Source: an uncultured delta proteobacterium
GTDB lineage: Bacteria; Desulfobacterota; Binatia; UBA9968
Reading direction: 5' to 3'
Length of the DNA stretch: 56,627 bases
Assembly (NCBI GenBank): GCA_963840855.1
Contig: CAWJBB010000048.1
Span: 1 to 56,627, forward strand
Shown here: piece after piece, positions 20,958-34,003 of the stretch
Position numbering within the stretch: position 1 is the first letter of the stretch
Layout of the letters: the number at the start of each line of letters is the position of its first letter
The notes under the pieces: generated by a model
The model's database searches: none
What the model was told of the DNA's origin: nothing
Seen by the model: the letters and a program-made list of their open reading frames with translations, nothing else
Program-made: the position numbers and the translations under genes

Positions 20958-21030
20958 ATGGAGTAATGAAACGATGGAATCGTGGGAGTTACCCAATTTT
21001 TCCACTATTCCGGCATTCCAGTATTCCGTT
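20958..21030. repeat. Inverted tandem octamer repeat in the rpsJ-rplC spacer
   Basis: atggagta atgaaacg atggaatc gtgggagt / tttccact attccggc attccagt attccgtt. Confidence 0.8.
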
Positions 21031-21034
21031 CCTC

Positions 21035-21343
21035 TCATTGTAACTTTATCTCCACGTCCACGCCGGCGGCAATGTCGAGTTTGCCCAGGGCGTCGATGGT
21101 CTGTTGTGTCGGCTCCAAAATATCAAGGAGCCTCTTATGCGTCCGAATCTCATATTGGTCTCTGGACTTTTTGTCAACGTGCGGAGAACGGTTCACGGTA
21201 AATCGTTCAATGCGCGTCGGCAACGGAATGGGTCCCGCCACTCTGCCGCCTGTGCGCCGAACGGTTTCGACAATTTCACCCACCGATTGATCCAGTACCC
21301 GGTGGTCATAGGCTTTCAGGCGTATTCTTATCTTCTCGTTCAT
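21035..21343 (-). CDS. rpsJ: 30S ribosomal protein S10
   Basis: [28 protein letters not shown]. Confidence 0.99.
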   Translation of the reverse strand: MNEKIRIRLKAYDHRVLDQSVGEIVETVRRTGGRVAGPIPLPTRIERFTVNRSPHVDKKSRDQYEIRTHKRLLDILEPTQQTIDALGKLDIAAGVDVEIKLQ

Positions 21344-21346
21344 ACT

Positions 21347-23437
21347 TTAATCATCCGGCTTGCCGGTGAATTTGGCGATGATCCCTTCGGCCACCGCCGT
21401 TGGCACCGGCTCATAGTGAGAAAACTGCATGGTGTAAGTAGCGCGGCCCTGGGTTATGGAGCGCAGATCCGTAGCGTAGCCAAACATTTGCGCTAAGGGA
21501 ACCCTGGCATCGATGGCCTGCGCCGCGGGGCGCGTGTCCATGCCCAACACTTTGCCGCGCCGCGAACTGATGTCGCCGATGACATCGCCCATGAATTCCT
21601 CCGGCACCACCACCTCCACCGACATGATGGGCTCGAGCAGCACCGGGCCGGCCTTGCGCATCGCCTCCTTGAAGGCCATCGATCCCGCTATTTTGAAAGC
21701 GATTTCCGAGGAATCGACGTCATGGTAACTGCCGTCGGTCAGCGTCACTTTTACATCCACCACCGGGTATCCCGCCAGGGCGCCGTTGTCGGTGGCCTCG
21801 CGAACGCCCTTCTCTACCGCGGGAATATACTCGCGCGGGATTGAACCGCCCCTGATGGCATCGACGAACTCAAAACCAGCGCCCGGCGGCTGAGGCTCCA
21901 GCTTGATCCACACGTCGCCATATTGGCCGCGGCCGCCGGTCTGGCGGATAAACCTTCCTTGTTGCTCCACCGCCTTGCGGACGGTCTCTTTATAGGCCAC
22001 CTGCGGTTTACCGACGTTGGCGCCGACGTTAAATTCGCGCAGCAGGCGATCGACGATGATTTCCAGATGCAGCTCACCCATTCCAGAAATGATTGTCTGC
22101 CCGGTTTCTTCGTCAGTGCGGACTTTGAATGAAGGATCTTCGGTGGCCAGCTTCTGCAGCGACAACCCGAGCTTTTCCTGGTCTGCTTTGCTCTTGGGCT
22201 CGATGGCGATGGAAATCACAGGGTCGGGGAAGTCGATCGATTCGAGCACGATGGGATGATCTTCATCGCAAAGCGTATCCCCCGTGGTGGCGGTCCTGAG
22301 ACCCACCGCGGCGGCGATGTCACCGGCGTAGACTTCTTTGATTTCCTCGCGCTTGTTGGCGTGCATCTTGAGCAGGCGGCCGATGCGCTCGCGTTTGGTT
22401 CTAGTCGAGTTGAAAACGCTGGAACCGGAAGTCAGCGATCCCGAATAGACGCGAAAAAAACTCAGCGTCCCGACGAAAGGATCGGTCATGATTTTGAACG
22501 CAAGCGCGGAAAAAGGCGCGTCATCTTTGGCCGGTCGTGCTTCGATCTGCTGCGTGTCAGGATTGATGCCCTTCACGGGCGGAATGTCCGACGGCGAGGG
22601 AAGATAATCGATCACCGCGTCGAGCATCGGTTGAACACCCTTGTTGCGGAAAGCCGAGCCGCACAAAACCGGCACGATCTTCAACGCCAAGGTCGCCTTG
22701 CGCACCGCGGCGCGCAGCTCCGACTCGCTGATCGGTTTTCCTTCCAGATATTTTTCCATGATGGCTTCATCGGAATCGGCGGCCGCCTCGAGCAGCTTCT
22801 CTCGATACTCATCCGCCTGGATCTTGAGTCCCTCCGGGATGGGTTCCTCATGGAACTTGGCTCCGAGACTCTCATCTTCCCAAATCATTGCCTTCATCGT
22901 GATCAAGTCGACGATTCCAATAAATTTTTCTTCAGCGCCGATGGGAATCTGCACAATCGCCGGCTGAGCGCCGAGCCGGTCGCGAATCATTTGCACGACC
23001 CGAAAAAAGTCAGCTCCCAGGCGGTCCATCTTGTTGACGAACGCCAGGCGCGGCACGCCGTACTTGTCGGCCTGCCGCCACACGGTTTCGGTCTGCGGCT
23101 CGACGCCGCCCACAGAGCAGAAAACCGCCACGGCACCGTCCAAAACCCTGAGCGAACGCTCAACCTCGATAGTGAAATCCACATGACCAGGCGTATCAAT
23201 GATGTTGACCCGGTGGTCGCGCCAGAAACAGGTGGTCGCCGCCGAAGTGATGGTGATCCCGCGCTCCTGCTCCTGCACCATCCAGTCCATGGTGGCGGTC
23301 CCATCATGGACCTCGCCGATTTTGTAATTGATCCCGGTGTAGTACAGGATGCGTTCGGTGGTCGTTGTCTTACCGGCATCGATGTGGGCCATGATACCGA
23401 TATTGCGAGTCTTCTCTAATGCGACCGTGCGTGCCAT
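21347..23437 (-). CDS. fusA: Elongation factor G
   Basis: [37 protein letters not shown]. Confidence 0.99.
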   Translation of the reverse strand: MARTVALEKTRNIGIMAHIDAGKTTTTERILYYTGINYKIGEVHDGTATMDWMVQEQERGITITSAATTCFWRDHRVNIIDTPGHVDFTIEVERSLRVLDGAVAVFCSVGGVEPQTETVWRQADKYGVPRLAFVNKMDRLGADFFRVVQMIRDRLGAQPAIVQIPIGAEEKFIGIVDLITMKAMIWEDESLGAKFHEEPIPEGLKIQADEYREKLLEAAADSDEAIMEKYLEGKPISESELRAAVRKATLALKIVPVLCGSAFRNKGVQPMLDAVIDYLPSPSDIPPVKGINPDTQQIEARPAKDDAPFSALAFKIMTDPFVGTLSFFRVYSGSLTSGSSVFNSTRTKRERIGRLLKMHANKREEIKEVYAGDIAAAVGLRTATTGDTLCDEDHPIVLESIDFPDPVISIAIEPKSKADQEKLGLSLQKLATEDPSFKVRTDEETGQTIISGMGELHLEIIVDRLLREFNVGANVGKPQVAYKETVRKAVEQQGRFIRQTGGRGQYGDVWIKLEPQPPGAGFEFVDAIRGGSIPREYIPAVEKGVREATDNGALAGYPVVDVKVTLTDGSYHDVDSSEIAFKIAGSMAFKEAMRKAGPVLLEPIMSVEVVVPEEFMGDVIGDISSRRGKVLGMDTRPAAQAIDARVPLAQMFGYATDLRSITQGRATYTMQFSHYEPVPTAVAEGIIAKFTGKPDD

Positions 23438-23448
23438 ATCAATTCACC

Positions 23449-23486
23449 GGAAAAAAAGGAGGCGGTCAACCCGCCTCCTTTTTTCC
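23449..23486. terminator. Intrinsic terminator-like hairpin (bidirectional layout) between rpsG and fusA
   Basis: A7-GGAGGCGG-tcaac-CCGCCTCC-T6; on the coding (-) strand an 8-bp GC-rich stem followed by U7. Confidence 0.75.
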
Positions 23487-23507
23487 AGCACATCTCTTTA
23501 ATTTTAG

Positions 23508-23984
<477 letters not shown>

Positions 23985-24356
23985 TTACTTGGGTTTTTTT
24001 GCTCCGTACTTGGAGCGCCCCTGTCTTCGTTCCTGCACGCCGATGGAATCCAGCGTGCCACGGATAATGTGGTAGCGTACGCCCGGCAGGTCTTTAACGC
24101 GCCCGCCGCGAATCAGCACCACGGAGTGCTCCTGCAAGTTGTGTCCCACGCCGGGAATATAGGAAGTGACTTCGATCCCGTTGGTGAGACGCACGCGCGC
24201 CACTTTGCGCAATGCCGAGTTCGGCTTTTTTGGCGTCGAAGTGTAAACCCGGGTGCAGACGCCGCGCTTCTGCGGGCAACCCTGCAGAGCAGGAGCGGTA
24301 TTCTTGCGCCGCTGTTGTTCCCGGGCTTCGCGGATCAGCTGGTTGATTGTAGGCAT
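23985..24356 (-). CDS. rpsL: 30S ribosomal protein S12
   Basis: [27 protein letters not shown]. Confidence 0.99.
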   Translation of the reverse strand: MPTINQLIREAREQQRRKNTAPALQGCPQKRGVCTRVYTSTPKKPNSALRKVARVRLTNGIEVTSYIPGVGHNLQEHSVVLIRGGRVKDLPGVRYHIIRGTLDSIGVQERRQGRSKYGAKKPK

Positions 24357-24419
24357 ACTAATGCGTCATTTTACGAACTGCTAGTCAAGTTTGTGGAATG
24401 GTTGCCCCGAAAATCCCTG

Positions 24420-24448
24420 TTTTTATCAAATTATACTCGCCTTGTCAA
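24420..24448 (-). promoter_or_regulatory. Putative sigma70 promoter for rpsL-rpsG-fusA
   Basis: Minus strand TTGACA, 17-nt spacer ending TGa, then TAAAAA, in the rpoC-rpsL spacer. Confidence 0.5.
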
Positions 24449-24452
24449 AACT

Positions 24453-27400
24453 TTAAGCTTCCGCCGCCTCGGAATATTCGCCCGCCGATTCCTCTGGTTC
24501 CTCCAATTCGATCTCCGCCTTGGAGTACCTCGGTATACCGGTGCCGGCCGGAATAAGCCGTCCCATAATGACGTTTTCCTTGAGCCCACAAAGCATATCG
24601 ATCTTGCCCTGGATTGCCGCTTCCGTAAGCACTTTGGTGGTTTCCTGAAATGACGCGGCAGAGATGAAGCTTTCCGTGGAGAGCGACGCCTTGGTGATAC
24701 CGAGTAGCAGAGGCTCCGCCACCGCGGGCTTACCCCCGTCGCCGATGGCCTTTTGGTTCTCTTCATCGAAGCGCCATTTCTCCACCTGGTCGCCAATGAG
24801 AAATTCGGTATCGCCGACTTCCTTGATGCGCACGCGGCGCAGCATTTGGCGTACGATAACTTCGATGTGCTTGTCGTTAATGCGCACGCCCTGCAGGCGG
24901 TAAATCTCTTGCACTTCGTCCACTAAATATTTCGCCAATGCCTTTTCGCCGAGAATGTTGAGAATATCATGCGGGTTGGACGATCCGTCCATCAACGATT
25001 CACCGGCCTGGACGCGGTCGCCGTCATGCACGCTGATATGCTTGCCCTTGGGAATCAAATATTCCCTCGCTTCGCCGATGTCGGGGGTGACGACTACTTT
25101 GCGTTTGCCCTTGGTGTCTTTGCCAAACGCAACGACGCCGTCGATCTCGCTGATGACGGCAAATTCCTTCGGTTTGCGCGCTTCGAAGAGCTCCGCGACG
25201 CGCGGCAGACCTCCGGTGATGTCCTTAGTCTTGGTCGTTTCCCGCGGTATCTTCGCGAGCACGTCGCCGGCGTTGACGCTTTGTCCGTCTTGAACGTTGA
25301 TATGGGCTCCCACGGGCAACAAATAGCGCGCTTCCGATGTCGCGCCGAGACGCGTCGTTTGCCCTTGCGTGTCCTTAATCGAAATCCGCGGGCGTTTGCC
25401 CACGTCTTTGGAGTCGGTGATGAGTTTAGTTGCGAGACCGGTGCGCTCGTCTACCTGTTCCTTCATCGTAGAGTTTTCGATCACATCGCCGAACCTAACG
25501 ACACCGCCCACCTCAGTGAGAATCGGGATCGTGTACGGATCCCACTCGGCCAAGAGTTCCCCCGCTTTGATTTTCGCGCCGTCCTTCTTTTTCAGCTTTG
25601 CGCCATAGACGACCGGGTAGCGTTCGCGCTCCCGTGCGCGCCCCTTATCACCCTCGGGGTAGTCGACGATGGCGACCTCGCCATTGCGGTTCATGACCAC
25701 GAGGTCGCCACCTTTATTGGCGACGGTATTGACGTTGATGAATTTGAGAAAACCTTCGTTGCGCGATTCCAAGGTCGTTTGCTCGGCCCGCCGGCTCGCC
25801 GTGCCGCCGATATGGAAGGTGCGCATCGTCAACTGCGTTCCCGGCTCGCCGATGGATTGCGCGGCCATGACGCCGATGGCTTCGCCTGGGTTGACCATAT
25901 GGCCGCGACCCAGGTCGCGACCATAGCACATGATGCAAACCCCGCGCCTCGATTGGCAGGTGAGCACCGAGCGGATTTTGATCCGCTCCAGGCCGGAGTC
26001 CTCAACGCGCTGCACCAGTTCCTCATCGATCTCCTGGTTGGCGTTGACGATGGTATCGCCCGTAAACGGGTCCTTGACATCGTCCAGCGCCACGCGTCCG
26101 AGCACCCGGTCGCCCAGCGGCTCGATGACCTCGCCGCCCTCCATGAGCGGCGTCATCTCGATGCCATCCAAAGTGCCGCAGTCTTCTTCCGATATGACGG
26201 AATCCTGCGCGACATCGACGAGGCGGCGCGTCAGATAGCCGGAGTTGGCGGTTTTGAGCGCCGTATCCGCGAGACCTTTGCGCGCGCCGTGGGTCGAGAT
26301 AAAGTACTGCAGCACGGTGAGCCCTTCGCGAAAGTTCGCGGTAATCGGCGTCTCGATGATTTCACCAGAAGGTTTCGCCATTAATCCGCGCATCCCCGCG
26401 AGCTGGCGAATCTGCTGGGCGCTCCCCCGCGCACCGGAGTCGGCCATCATGAAAATCGGGTTGAAACTCGGCACCGAGATTTCCTTGCCGCTGTCATCGG
26501 TGACTTTCTCCGTGCCGAGGTCGCGCAGCATCTCGTCGGCGATGCGGTCGGTGACTTCAGCCCAGATATCGACGACTTTGTTGTAGCGTTCACCGTCGGT
26601 AATCAGGCCGTTCTTGTACTGCTCCTCGATTTCGCGCACGTCTTCGTGGGCGGTTTTAAGCAGTACCTCTTTACTCGGTGGGATGACCATATCCTTGATG
26701 GATATCGAGATGCCGGCCCGAGTCGCGTTTTGATAACCGATGTCCTTCAAGCGATCCGCGAGAATAACCGTTGCCTTATTGCCGGCCAACCGGTAGCTAA
26801 TGTCGATGAGATTCGCCAACTCCTTCTTTTTCATCACCCGGTTCACTTCTTTGAACGGAATCATCGGCGGCACGATCTCATACACCTGAACCCGGCCCAC
26901 CGTCGTCTCCACCCGCTCACCGTTGATCCGCACGGTAATCGGCGCTTGCAAGTCCACTTCACCTTGGTCGTAGGCGATCCTCACTTCCGTGGGACTGCTG
27001 AACAGCCGGCCGCTTCCTTTCATGTGCAAGCGCTCACGCGTCATGTAGTAGAGCCCCAATACGATGTCTTGGGTCGGCACGATGATCGGCTTGCCACTGG
27101 CCGGCGAGAGAATATTGTTGGTCGACATCATCAGCGCCCGCGCTTCGACTTGGGCCTCCACCGAGAGCGGCACGTGCACTGCCATTTGATCGCCGTCGAA
27201 GTCGGCGTTATAGGCGGCGCAAACCAGCGGATGCAGCTGGATCGCCTTGCCTTCGATCAGTATCGGTTCGAAGGCCTGAATGCCGAGCCGGTGCAAGGTC
27301 GGCGCGCGATTGAGCAGCACCGGATGTTCGCGAATGACCTCATCGAGTATATCCCAAACTTCGGGGCGTTCTTTTTCCACCATCTTCTTGGCGCTCTTGA

Positions 27401-28580
27401 TGGTGGTGACATGACCCCGCTCTTCGAGCTTGTTGTAGATAAACGGCTTGAATAGCTCGAGGGCCATCTTCTTCGGCAATCCGCACTGGTGCAGCCGCAG
27501 CTCGGGACCCACCACGATCACGGAACGGCCGGAATAGTCCACCCGTTTTCCCAGCAGATTCTGGCGGAAGCGTCCGGTCTTGCCCTTGAGCATATCGCTC
27601 AACGACTTGAGCGGCCGGCGGTTTTGGCCGGTAATGGCGCGGCCGCGCCGGCCATTGTCAAACAGCGCGTCCACCGATTCCTGCAGCATGCGCTTTTCAT
27701 TGCGGATGATCATATCCGGCGCATTCAGCTCCATCAGCCGTTTGAGCCGGTTGTTGCGGTTGATGACGCGGCGATAAAGATCGTTAAGATCTGAGGTCGC
27801 GAACCTGCCGCCATCCAGCGGCACCAGCGGACGTAGATCAGGCGGGATCACCGGGATCACTTCGAGCACCATCCACTCGGGACGATTGCCGGAAGTCTTG
27901 AAGGCGTTCATGACTTTGAGCCGCTTGGCCATCTTCTTGCGCCGCACTTCAGAGTTGGATTCGCGCATTTCCTGGTGCAATTCCTCGGAGAGTTTCGCGA
28001 CATCGAGGGATTTGAGCAATTTGCGGATCGCCTCCGCGCCCATTGCCGCGACGAATTTGCCGCCGTACTCCTCCATCGCTTTGCGGTAACGGGCATCGGT
28101 TAACAGCTCTCTGTGCTCCAGCGGCGTCTCGCCGGGATCGATGACGATATACGACTCGAAATAAAGCACCTTCTCGATATCCTTGAGCGACATATCGAGC
28201 AGCGCGCCGATGCGGCTCGGCAGGCTTTTGAGAAACCAGATATGCACCACGGGCGTCGCCAGCTCGATGTGCCCCATGCGTTCGCGCCGCACTTTGGACT
28301 GAATCACTTCAACCCCGCACTTCTCACACACCACGCCGCGATGGCGCATTCTCTTGTATTTGCCGCAATTGCACTCGTAGTCCTTGGTCGGGCCGAATAT
28401 CTTGGCGCAAAACAGGCCGTCGCGCTCAGGCTTGAAAGTCCGGTAATTGATGGTTTCGGGCTTCTTGACTTCGCCATGCGACCAGGAGCGAATTTTCTCC
28501 GGTGCAGCGATGGAAATCTTGATGGCGTTGAAACTTATCGGGTTCTTCGGCTTCTCAAATAAATTAAACAGGTCTTCCAT
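24453..28580 (-). CDS. rpoC: RNA polymerase beta' subunit
   Basis: [37 protein letters not shown]. Confidence 0.99.
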   Translation of the reverse strand: MEDLFNLFEKPKNPISFNAIKISIAAPEKIRSWSHGEVKKPETINYRTFKPERDGLFCAKIFGPTKDYECNCGKYKRMRHRGVVCEKCGVEVIQSKVRRERMGHIELATPVVHIWFLKSLPSRIGALLDMSLKDIEKVLYFESYIVIDPGETPLEHRELLTDARYRKAMEEYGGKFVAAMGAEAIRKLLKSLDVAKLSEELHQEMRESNSEVRRKKMAKRLKVMNAFKTSGNRPEWMVLEVIPVIPPDLRPLVPLDGGRFATSDLNDLYRRVINRNNRLKRLMELNAPDMIIRNEKRMLQESVDALFDNGRRGRAITGQNRRPLKSLSDMLKGKTGRFRQNLLGKRVDYSGRSVIVVGPELRLHQCGLPKKMALELFKPFIYNKLEERGHVTTIKSAKKMVEKERPEVWDILDEVIREHPVLLNRAPTLHRLGIQAFEPILIEGKAIQLHPLVCAAYNADFDGDQMAVHVPLSVEAQVEARALMMSTNNILSPASGKPIIVPTQDIVLGLYYMTRERLHMKGSGRLFSSPTEVRIAYDQGEVDLQAPITVRINGERVETTVGRVQVYEIVPPMIPFKEVNRVMKKKELANLIDISYRLAGNKATVILADRLKDIGYQNATRAGISISIKDMVIPPSKEVLLKTAHEDVREIEEQYKNGLITDGERYNKVVDIWAEVTDRIADEMLRDLGTEKVTDDSGKEISVPSFNPIFMMADSGARGSAQQIRQLAGMRGLMAKPSGEIIETPITANFREGLTVLQYFISTHGARKGLADTALKTANSGYLTRRLVDVAQDSVISEEDCGTLDGIEMTPLMEGGEVIEPLGDRVLGRVALDDVKDPFTGDTIVNANQEIDEELVQRVEDSGLERIKIRSVLTCQSRRGVCIMCYGRDLGRGHMVNPGEAIGVMAAQSIGEPGTQLTMRTFHIGGTASRRAEQTTLESRNEGFLKFINVNTVANKGGDLVVMNRNGEVAIVDYPEGDKGRARERERYPVVYGAKLKKKDGAKIKAGELLAEWDPYTIPILTEVGGVVRFGDVIENSTMKEQVDERTGLATKLITDSKDVGKRPRISIKDTQGQTTRLGATSEARYLLPVGAHINVQDGQSVNAGDVLAKIPRETTKTKDITGGLPRVAELFEARKPKEFAVISEIDGVVAFGKDTKGKRKVVVTPDIGEAREYLIPKGKHISVHDGDRVQAGESLMDGSSNPHDILNILGEKALAKYLVDEVQEIYRLQGVRINDKHIEVIVRQMLRRVRIKEVGDTEFLIGDQVEKWRFDEENQKAIGDGGKPAVAEPLLLGITKASLSTESFISAASFQETTKVLTEAAIQGKIDMLCGLKENVIMGRLIPAGTGIPRYSKAEIELEEPEESAGEYSEAAEA

Positions 28581-28628
28581 GAAAAAATGACCTCCGTCTG
28601 CGCGGCGCAGCCGCGCAGGGGCTAGAGA

Positions 28629-31600
28629 CTATTCCTCTACTAGATCAATATCCAATCCCAAGCTTTGCAGCTCTTTCACCATGACGTTGAAGGACTCCGG
28701 CAGACCGGGCTCCAAAAGGTTGTCGCCCTTGACGATGGCTTCGTACATGCGAGTGCGGCCGACCACGTCGTCGGATTTTACCGTCAGCATCTCTTGCAGC
28801 GTGTAGGCCGCGCCATAAGCTTCCAGCGCCCACACTTCCATCTCGCCGAGACGCTGGCCGCCGAACTGGGCCTTACCACCCAACGGCTGCTGGGTAACCA
28901 GCGAATACGGACCAGTGGAGCGGGCGTGAATCTTATCGTCCACCAGGTGATGGAGTTTCATGATGTACATGACCCCCACCGTCACCTTACCGTCGAAGGG
29001 TCGGCCCGTCTGTCCGTCGCAAAGCGTGACTTGCCCGCTGACCGGCAAACCCGCCTTCCTGAGCAGGTTAAAGATCTCTTCCTCCGCCGCGCCGTCGAAA
29101 ACGGGCGAGGCGACGCGCACACCGTCGCGGTATTTTCCGGCAAGCTTGACGAGGTCGGCGTCCTTCACGCCGTCGATGAGCTCGCCCGCATCCTTGTTGT
29201 TTAAGTACTCTTTGACGCGGCGCTTGAGGGCGTCGCCGTCCTGCTGGCGGTGCGCGCGCAATAACTCGTCGATCTGCTCCCCGAGGGTGCGCGCCGCCCA
29301 GCCCAAATGCGCCTCGAGAATTTGTCCCACGTTCATACGTGAGGGTACGCCAAGCGGGTTTAACACCACGTCTACGGGAGTGCCGTCTTCCAAATAGGGC
29401 ATATCCTCTTCGGGCAATATCCGCGAAATAACGCCCTTGTTACCATGACGCCCCGCCATCTTATCGCCAACCTGCAGTTTGCGTTTGATGGCCACGAACA
29501 CTTTGACCATTTTGATGACGCCCGGCGGCAGCTCATCGCCGCCCTTGAGCCTGTCGATCTTGCTTTCAAAAACCTCTTTGATCGACTTGACTTGCTGCTC
29601 CGTGCTGTCGACGATGCGGTGCAGCTCCGCCTCGGCGGATTCGCTTTCGACCCGAATCTCGCCCCAATAGCTCATCGGCAACTGATCGAGATCGTCTTCA
29701 GTCAGCTCTTGGCCCTTATTAAGCAAAACTTTGCGATTATCGTCCGCTAGACGAGCCGCCAAAGACTTTCCGACCAAAAGCCTCTTGAGCCGTCTGAGCG
29801 CGCCTTCCTGAAGAATGCGGATCTCGTCGTGCTGGTCTTTGCGCAGCCGGATAATCTCTTCCTCTTCGATGAATTTGCTGCGGTCGTCTTTGCCCAGCCC
29901 CTTGCGCGAAAAGATGCGTACGTTGATCACCGTGCCTTCGACGCCCGGCGGCACCCGCAGCGAGGTATCCCGCACTTCTCCCGCTTTTTCCCCGAAGATC
30001 GCGCGCAAGAGTTTTTCTTCAGGGGAAAGCTGGGTCTCGCCCTTCGGCGTTATTTTCCCGACCAGGATATCGCCCGCCTTGACCTCGGCGCCGATGCGGA
30101 TAATGCCGCTTTCGTCGAGATCGGTCAGTGCCTCGTCGCCGACGTTTGGAATATCGCGGGTGACTTCCTCCGGACCGAGCTTGGTGTCGCGGGAAACGCA
30201 TTCAAACTCCTCGATGTGGATCGAGGTGTAGATATCCTCCTTGACTACCCGCTCACTGATCAGAATCGAATCTTCGAAGTTATAGCCGCCCCAAGGCATG
30301 AGCGCCACGAGCACATTGCGCCCCAAGGCGAGCTCACCCATTTCCGTCGCCGGGCCATCGGCGATGACTTCGCCGGACTTGACCTGGTCGCCCACCACCA
30401 CGATGGGACGTTGGTTGATGCAAGTATTCTGGTTGGAGCGTTGGTACTTGACGAGATTGTAGATATCGACGCCGGTATCCCGGGCGCCGGAGGTCTTATC
30501 GGCTTTTACCACGATCCGCGTCGAATCGACGCTCTCCACCAAGCCGTCACGCAACGCCACCACGGTAACACCAGAATCGCGAGCGACGGTTTTTTCCATG
30601 CCGGTGCCGACCAACGGTGCTTCGGTGCGCAGAAGCGGCACCGCCTGGCGCTGCATATTCGATCCCATCAAAGCCCGGTTCGCGTCGTCGTTTTCCAGAA
30701 AAGGAATCAACGAAGCGGCGACACTGACCAGTTGGTTCGGCGACACGTCCATGAAGTTCACTTCTTCGGGGCGTGCCATGACAAATTCGCCGCCTTTTCG
30801 CGACGAGATCAGATCCGCCGTAAAGGTGCCGCGCCCGTCGATGGGAGCGTTAGCCTGGGCGATGACATGGTCCTCTTCCTCAAGCGCGGAGAGGTAGCGG
30901 ATGCGGTCGGTTACCCGTCCGTTCTCGACCTCGCGATAGGGCGTCTCGATAAAACCGTATTCATTGACCCTGGCATAGGTCGTAAGCGATGCGATGAGAC
31001 CGATGTTCGGGCCTTCGGGAGTCTCGATGGGACAGACACGACCGTAGTGCGTCGGGTGGACGTCGCGGACCTCGAAGCCCGCCCGCTCACGCGTCAACCC
31101 CCCCGGACCGAGCGCCGACAAACGCCGTTTATGGGTGATTTCCGAGAGCGGGTTGGTCTGATCCATAAACTGGGACAGCTGGCTCGATCCAAAGAATTCC
31201 TTCAACGCCGCCGATACTGGCTTATAGTTGATCAGCTCCTGAGGCATCAAGGTCTCGATATCTTGGAGGCTCATTTTTTCTTTGATCGCCCGCTCCATGC
31301 GCACCAAGCCGACGCGAAAATGATTTTCCACCAGCTCGCCAACGGCGCGCACCCGGCGGTTGCCTAGGTGGTCGATATCGTCCACCGAGCCGTTGCCGTT
31401 CTTGAGTTCCATCAGATAGCGCACCACCTCGAGAATGTCTTCTTTACGCAGCGTGCCCTGCTCCAGAGGAACGTTCAACTTGAGACGATGGTTTAATTTA
31501 AGCCGGCCGACCTTGGAGAGATCATAGCGGTCGGGGTTGAAAAATAGGTTATTGAAAAAATTGGTCGCAGACTCCACCGTCGGCGGGTCGCCCGGACGCA

Positions 31601-32732
31601 AACGCCGGTAAATTTCCAAAATCGCATCCTGAGGGGTACGGATGCGGTCCTGGAGCAGGGTATTGCGCAGATAAGGACCAATGTTGGATTCGTCGATGAA
31701 AAGGACTTCGATCTGATGGATCCCCTTTTCCCGAATCGCTTCGAGTTTTTCGCGGGTTATTTCATGATTGCACTCGACGATGACTTCTTTCGTCTGTGAA
31801 TTGACGATATCGTGAGCAGCCACGCGCCCGATGATATCGTCCCACTCGATGGGGACCTGTTTGATCCGCGCGGTCTCCATCTGGCGCAACACGGGCCGGG
31901 TAAATTTCCTGCCTTGCTTGACGATCACGTCGTTGCTTTTCGGGTCGCGCACATCGGCGCCGACGGCGGCGCCCAAAAGATGCTCAGGGTTGAAAACCAG
32001 AGCCGGCTTGCGCCCATCCAAAACGATGCTGTCGCCCTTATAGTAATAGTTCAACAAATCCTCGGCGGTCATTCCCAGCGCGCGCAACAATACCGTCGCG
32101 TGAAATTTGCGCCGCCGGTCGATGCGAACATACAGGATATCGCGCGGGTCAAATTCCAAGTCTACCCACGAACCGCGGTAAGGAATGAGCCGGGCCGAAT
32201 ACAAAAGTTTGCCGCTGGCGTGGGTTTTGCCTTTATCGTGCTCGAAAAAGACGCCGGGCGAACGGTGCAATTGGCTGACGATGACCCGCTCTGTGCCGTT
32301 AACCATGAAGGTGCCATTCTTGGTCATGAGCGGCATTTCACCGAAGTAGACTTCCTGCTCTTTTACGTTCTTGATGCTGCGCGTGCCCGTTTGGCTATCC
32401 ACATCCCAAAGCACCAGCTGGACGGTCACTTTTAACGGGGCGGCGAAGGTCATCCCGCGCTGATGGCATTCGTCCACATCGTATTTGGGCTCGCCCAGAG
32501 TGTAACTCACGAACTCCAGGGAAGCGGTATCGTTGAAGTCTTTGATCGGAAACACCGATCGAAAAACTTCTTGCAAACCGATATTCTGGCGTTCCGCCGA
32601 CGAAACCCCTTTCTGCAAAAAATGATCGTAGGAGTTTTTCTGGATTTCAATCAAGTACGGCAGATCGATAATCTTTCGAATGCTCCCGAAACTGCGGCGA
32701 AATCGTAAATTATTGGCCACTTGAAATGCCAT
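28629..32732 (-). CDS. rpoB: RNA polymerase beta subunit
   Basis: [42 protein letters not shown]. Confidence 0.99.
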   Translation of the reverse strand: MAFQVANNLRFRRSFGSIRKIIDLPYLIEIQKNSYDHFLQKGVSSAERQNIGLQEVFRSVFPIKDFNDTASLEFVSYTLGEPKYDVDECHQRGMTFAAPLKVTVQLVLWDVDSQTGTRSIKNVKEQEVYFGEMPLMTKNGTFMVNGTERVIVSQLHRSPGVFFEHDKGKTHASGKLLYSARLIPYRGSWVDLEFDPRDILYVRIDRRRKFHATVLLRALGMTAEDLLNYYYKGDSIVLDGRKPALVFNPEHLLGAAVGADVRDPKSNDVIVKQGRKFTRPVLRQMETARIKQVPIEWDDIIGRVAAHDIVNSQTKEVIVECNHEITREKLEAIREKGIHQIEVLFIDESNIGPYLRNTLLQDRIRTPQDAILEIYRRLRPGDPPTVESATNFFNNLFFNPDRYDLSKVGRLKLNHRLKLNVPLEQGTLRKEDILEVVRYLMELKNGNGSVDDIDHLGNRRVRAVGELVENHFRVGLVRMERAIKEKMSLQDIETLMPQELINYKPVSAALKEFFGSSQLSQFMDQTNPLSEITHKRRLSALGPGGLTRERAGFEVRDVHPTHYGRVCPIETPEGPNIGLIASLTTYARVNEYGFIETPYREVENGRVTDRIRYLSALEEEDHVIAQANAPIDGRGTFTADLISSRKGGEFVMARPEEVNFMDVSPNQLVSVAASLIPFLENDDANRALMGSNMQRQAVPLLRTEAPLVGTGMEKTVARDSGVTVVALRDGLVESVDSTRIVVKADKTSGARDTGVDIYNLVKYQRSNQNTCINQRPIVVVGDQVKSGEVIADGPATEMGELALGRNVLVALMPWGGYNFEDSILISERVVKEDIYTSIHIEEFECVSRDTKLGPEEVTRDIPNVGDEALTDLDESGIIRIGAEVKAGDILVGKITPKGETQLSPEEKLLRAIFGEKAGEVRDTSLRVPPGVEGTVINVRIFSRKGLGKDDRSKFIEEEEIIRLRKDQHDEIRILQEGALRRLKRLLVGKSLAARLADDNRKVLLNKGQELTEDDLDQLPMSYWGEIRVESESAEAELHRIVDSTEQQVKSIKEVFESKIDRLKGGDELPPGVIKMVKVFVAIKRKLQVGDKMAGRHGNKGVISRILPEEDMPYLEDGTPVDVVLNPLGVPSRMNVGQILEAHLGWAARTLGEQIDELLRAHRQQDGDALKRRVKEYLNNKDAGELIDGVKDADLVKLAGKYRDGVRVASPVFDGAAEEEIFNLLRKAGLPVSGQVTLCDGQTGRPFDGKVTVGVMYIMKLHHLVDDKIHARSTGPYSLVTQQPLGGKAQFGGQRLGEMEVWALEAYGAAYTLQEMLTVKSDDVVGRTRMYEAIVKGDNLLEPGLPESFNVMVKELQSLGLDIDLVEE

Positions 32733-32913
32733 GCCAGCTCCTTATTTAGAACAAACCGTTTACACCGGGTTAGAGAAAAAAGATACCGTGCCGCGGCGAT
32801 GCGCCGGGCGCTTGGCCACGCCACCGCGCTTACAGCGACCATGGATAAATCTACGCAACCGGGAACGCAACGAATCTTCAATCGAATCATCGGAATCGCC
32901 GCGACTCCCCGGT

Positions 32914-33291
32914 TTACTTGATTTCGACCTTTGCGCCTTGTTCCTCGAGCTTCTTTTTGACGTCCTCGGCCTCAGCCTTGGACACGGCTTCCTTTACGTT
33001 CTTCGGCGCGCCATCGACCAGATCCTTCGCTTCCTTGAGCCCCAATCCTGTCAATTCACGCACGACCTTGATGACCTGAATTTTCTTCTCTCCGGCTTGG
33101 GTGAGAACTACGTTGAATTCGGTCTTCTCCTCCGCTGCCGCCGCCGGTCCCGCCGCTACGGCTGCCACCGCCACCGGTGCCGCCGCGCTGACGCCCAGCT
33201 CCTCCTCGAGCTCCTTGACGAGCGCCGCCGCATCCATCAGGGTCATATTTTTGATGTAGTCTTTGACTTGCTCCTTCGATACCTCTGGCAT
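32914..33291 (-). CDS. rplL: 50S ribosomal protein L7/L12
   Basis: [21 protein letters not shown]. Confidence 0.99.
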   Translation of the reverse strand: MPEVSKEQVKDYIKNMTLMDAAALVKELEEELGVSAAAPVAVAAVAAGPAAAAEEKTEFNVVLTQAGEKKIQVIKVVRELTGLGLKEAKDLVDGAPKNVKEAVSKAEAEDVKKKLEEQGAKVEIK

Positions 33292-33343
33292 AGAACCTTC
33301 CCCCTTTGAATTAATTCCGCTGCAAGCTGCTGATATTTTCTGC

Positions 33344-33886
33344 CTACTCCGCTTTTCCCTTGCGCAAAGTCTCCAATAACCTGGCCACCCGTGCGCCGGG
33401 TTCCTGGATCAGACGAACCAATTGAGTTGCCGGCGCTTGGATCGTGGCCAGCAATTTCGCCTGCAACTCAGGCTTGCTCGGCATTTGCGAAAGGACCTTG
33501 ACCTTGGCCGGATCCATGAACTGGCCTTCAAAGACCGCACCCTTGATGGCCAATTTGTCGTTCTCGCCGGCAAATTTGAGCAGCGCCTTGGAAAGCACCA
33601 CCGGATCATCATAGGCGAACACCCAGCCGTTTGGCCCTTCCAGTAAGCGCTCTAGGTCCGCATAGGGGGATCCTTTGAGCGCGAGCTTGACCAGGGTGTT
33701 CTTGATGACTTGATACTCGCCCGAGGCTTGGCGGATTTCCCGGCGCAGTCGCGTCATCTGATCCACGTTGAGTCCGCGATACTCCGTGACGATGGCCAAT
33801 TTGGCCGCCCTTAAACGCTTCTGTACGGCGGCCACCGTCTCGGCTTTTTCGGCTTGAATGGCACGCGATGTCTGTAACTCTGCCAT
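33344..33886 (-). CDS. rplJ: 50S ribosomal protein L10
   Basis: EYRGLNV, VIKNTL, MPSKPEL; TAAGGAG RBS before the ATG at 33886. Confidence 0.97.
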   Translation of the reverse strand: MAELQTSRAIQAEKAETVAAVQKRLRAAKLAIVTEYRGLNVDQMTRLRREIRQASGEYQVIKNTLVKLALKGSPYADLERLLEGPNGWVFAYDDPVVLSKALLKFAGENDKLAIKGAVFEGQFMDPAKVKVLSQMPSKPELQAKLLATIQAPATQLVRLIQEPGARVARLLETLRKGKAE

Positions 33887-33930
33887 GCACACTCCTTAGC
33901 GGCGAAGTGATATGTTAAAACGTCGCTTCC

Positions 33931-33985
33931 GGATTCTAGTTCCGGGTTTCGAGTAACTCTAGACTCTAGACGCGAGACTCCAAAC
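33931..33985. repeat. Degenerate inverted heptamer repeat in the rplA-rplJ spacer
   Basis: gattcta gttccgg gtttcga gt / aactcta gactcta gacgcga gactcca aac. Confidence 0.65.
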
Positions 33986-34003
33986 GTCCTTTTTAGCGGC
34001 CTG

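Noticed and set aside
28598-28618. 9-bp hairpin CTGCGCGGC-gca-GCCGCGCAG between rpoB and rpoC as a terminator
   Set aside because: No U-tract on the coding strand; probably a simple spacer hairpin.
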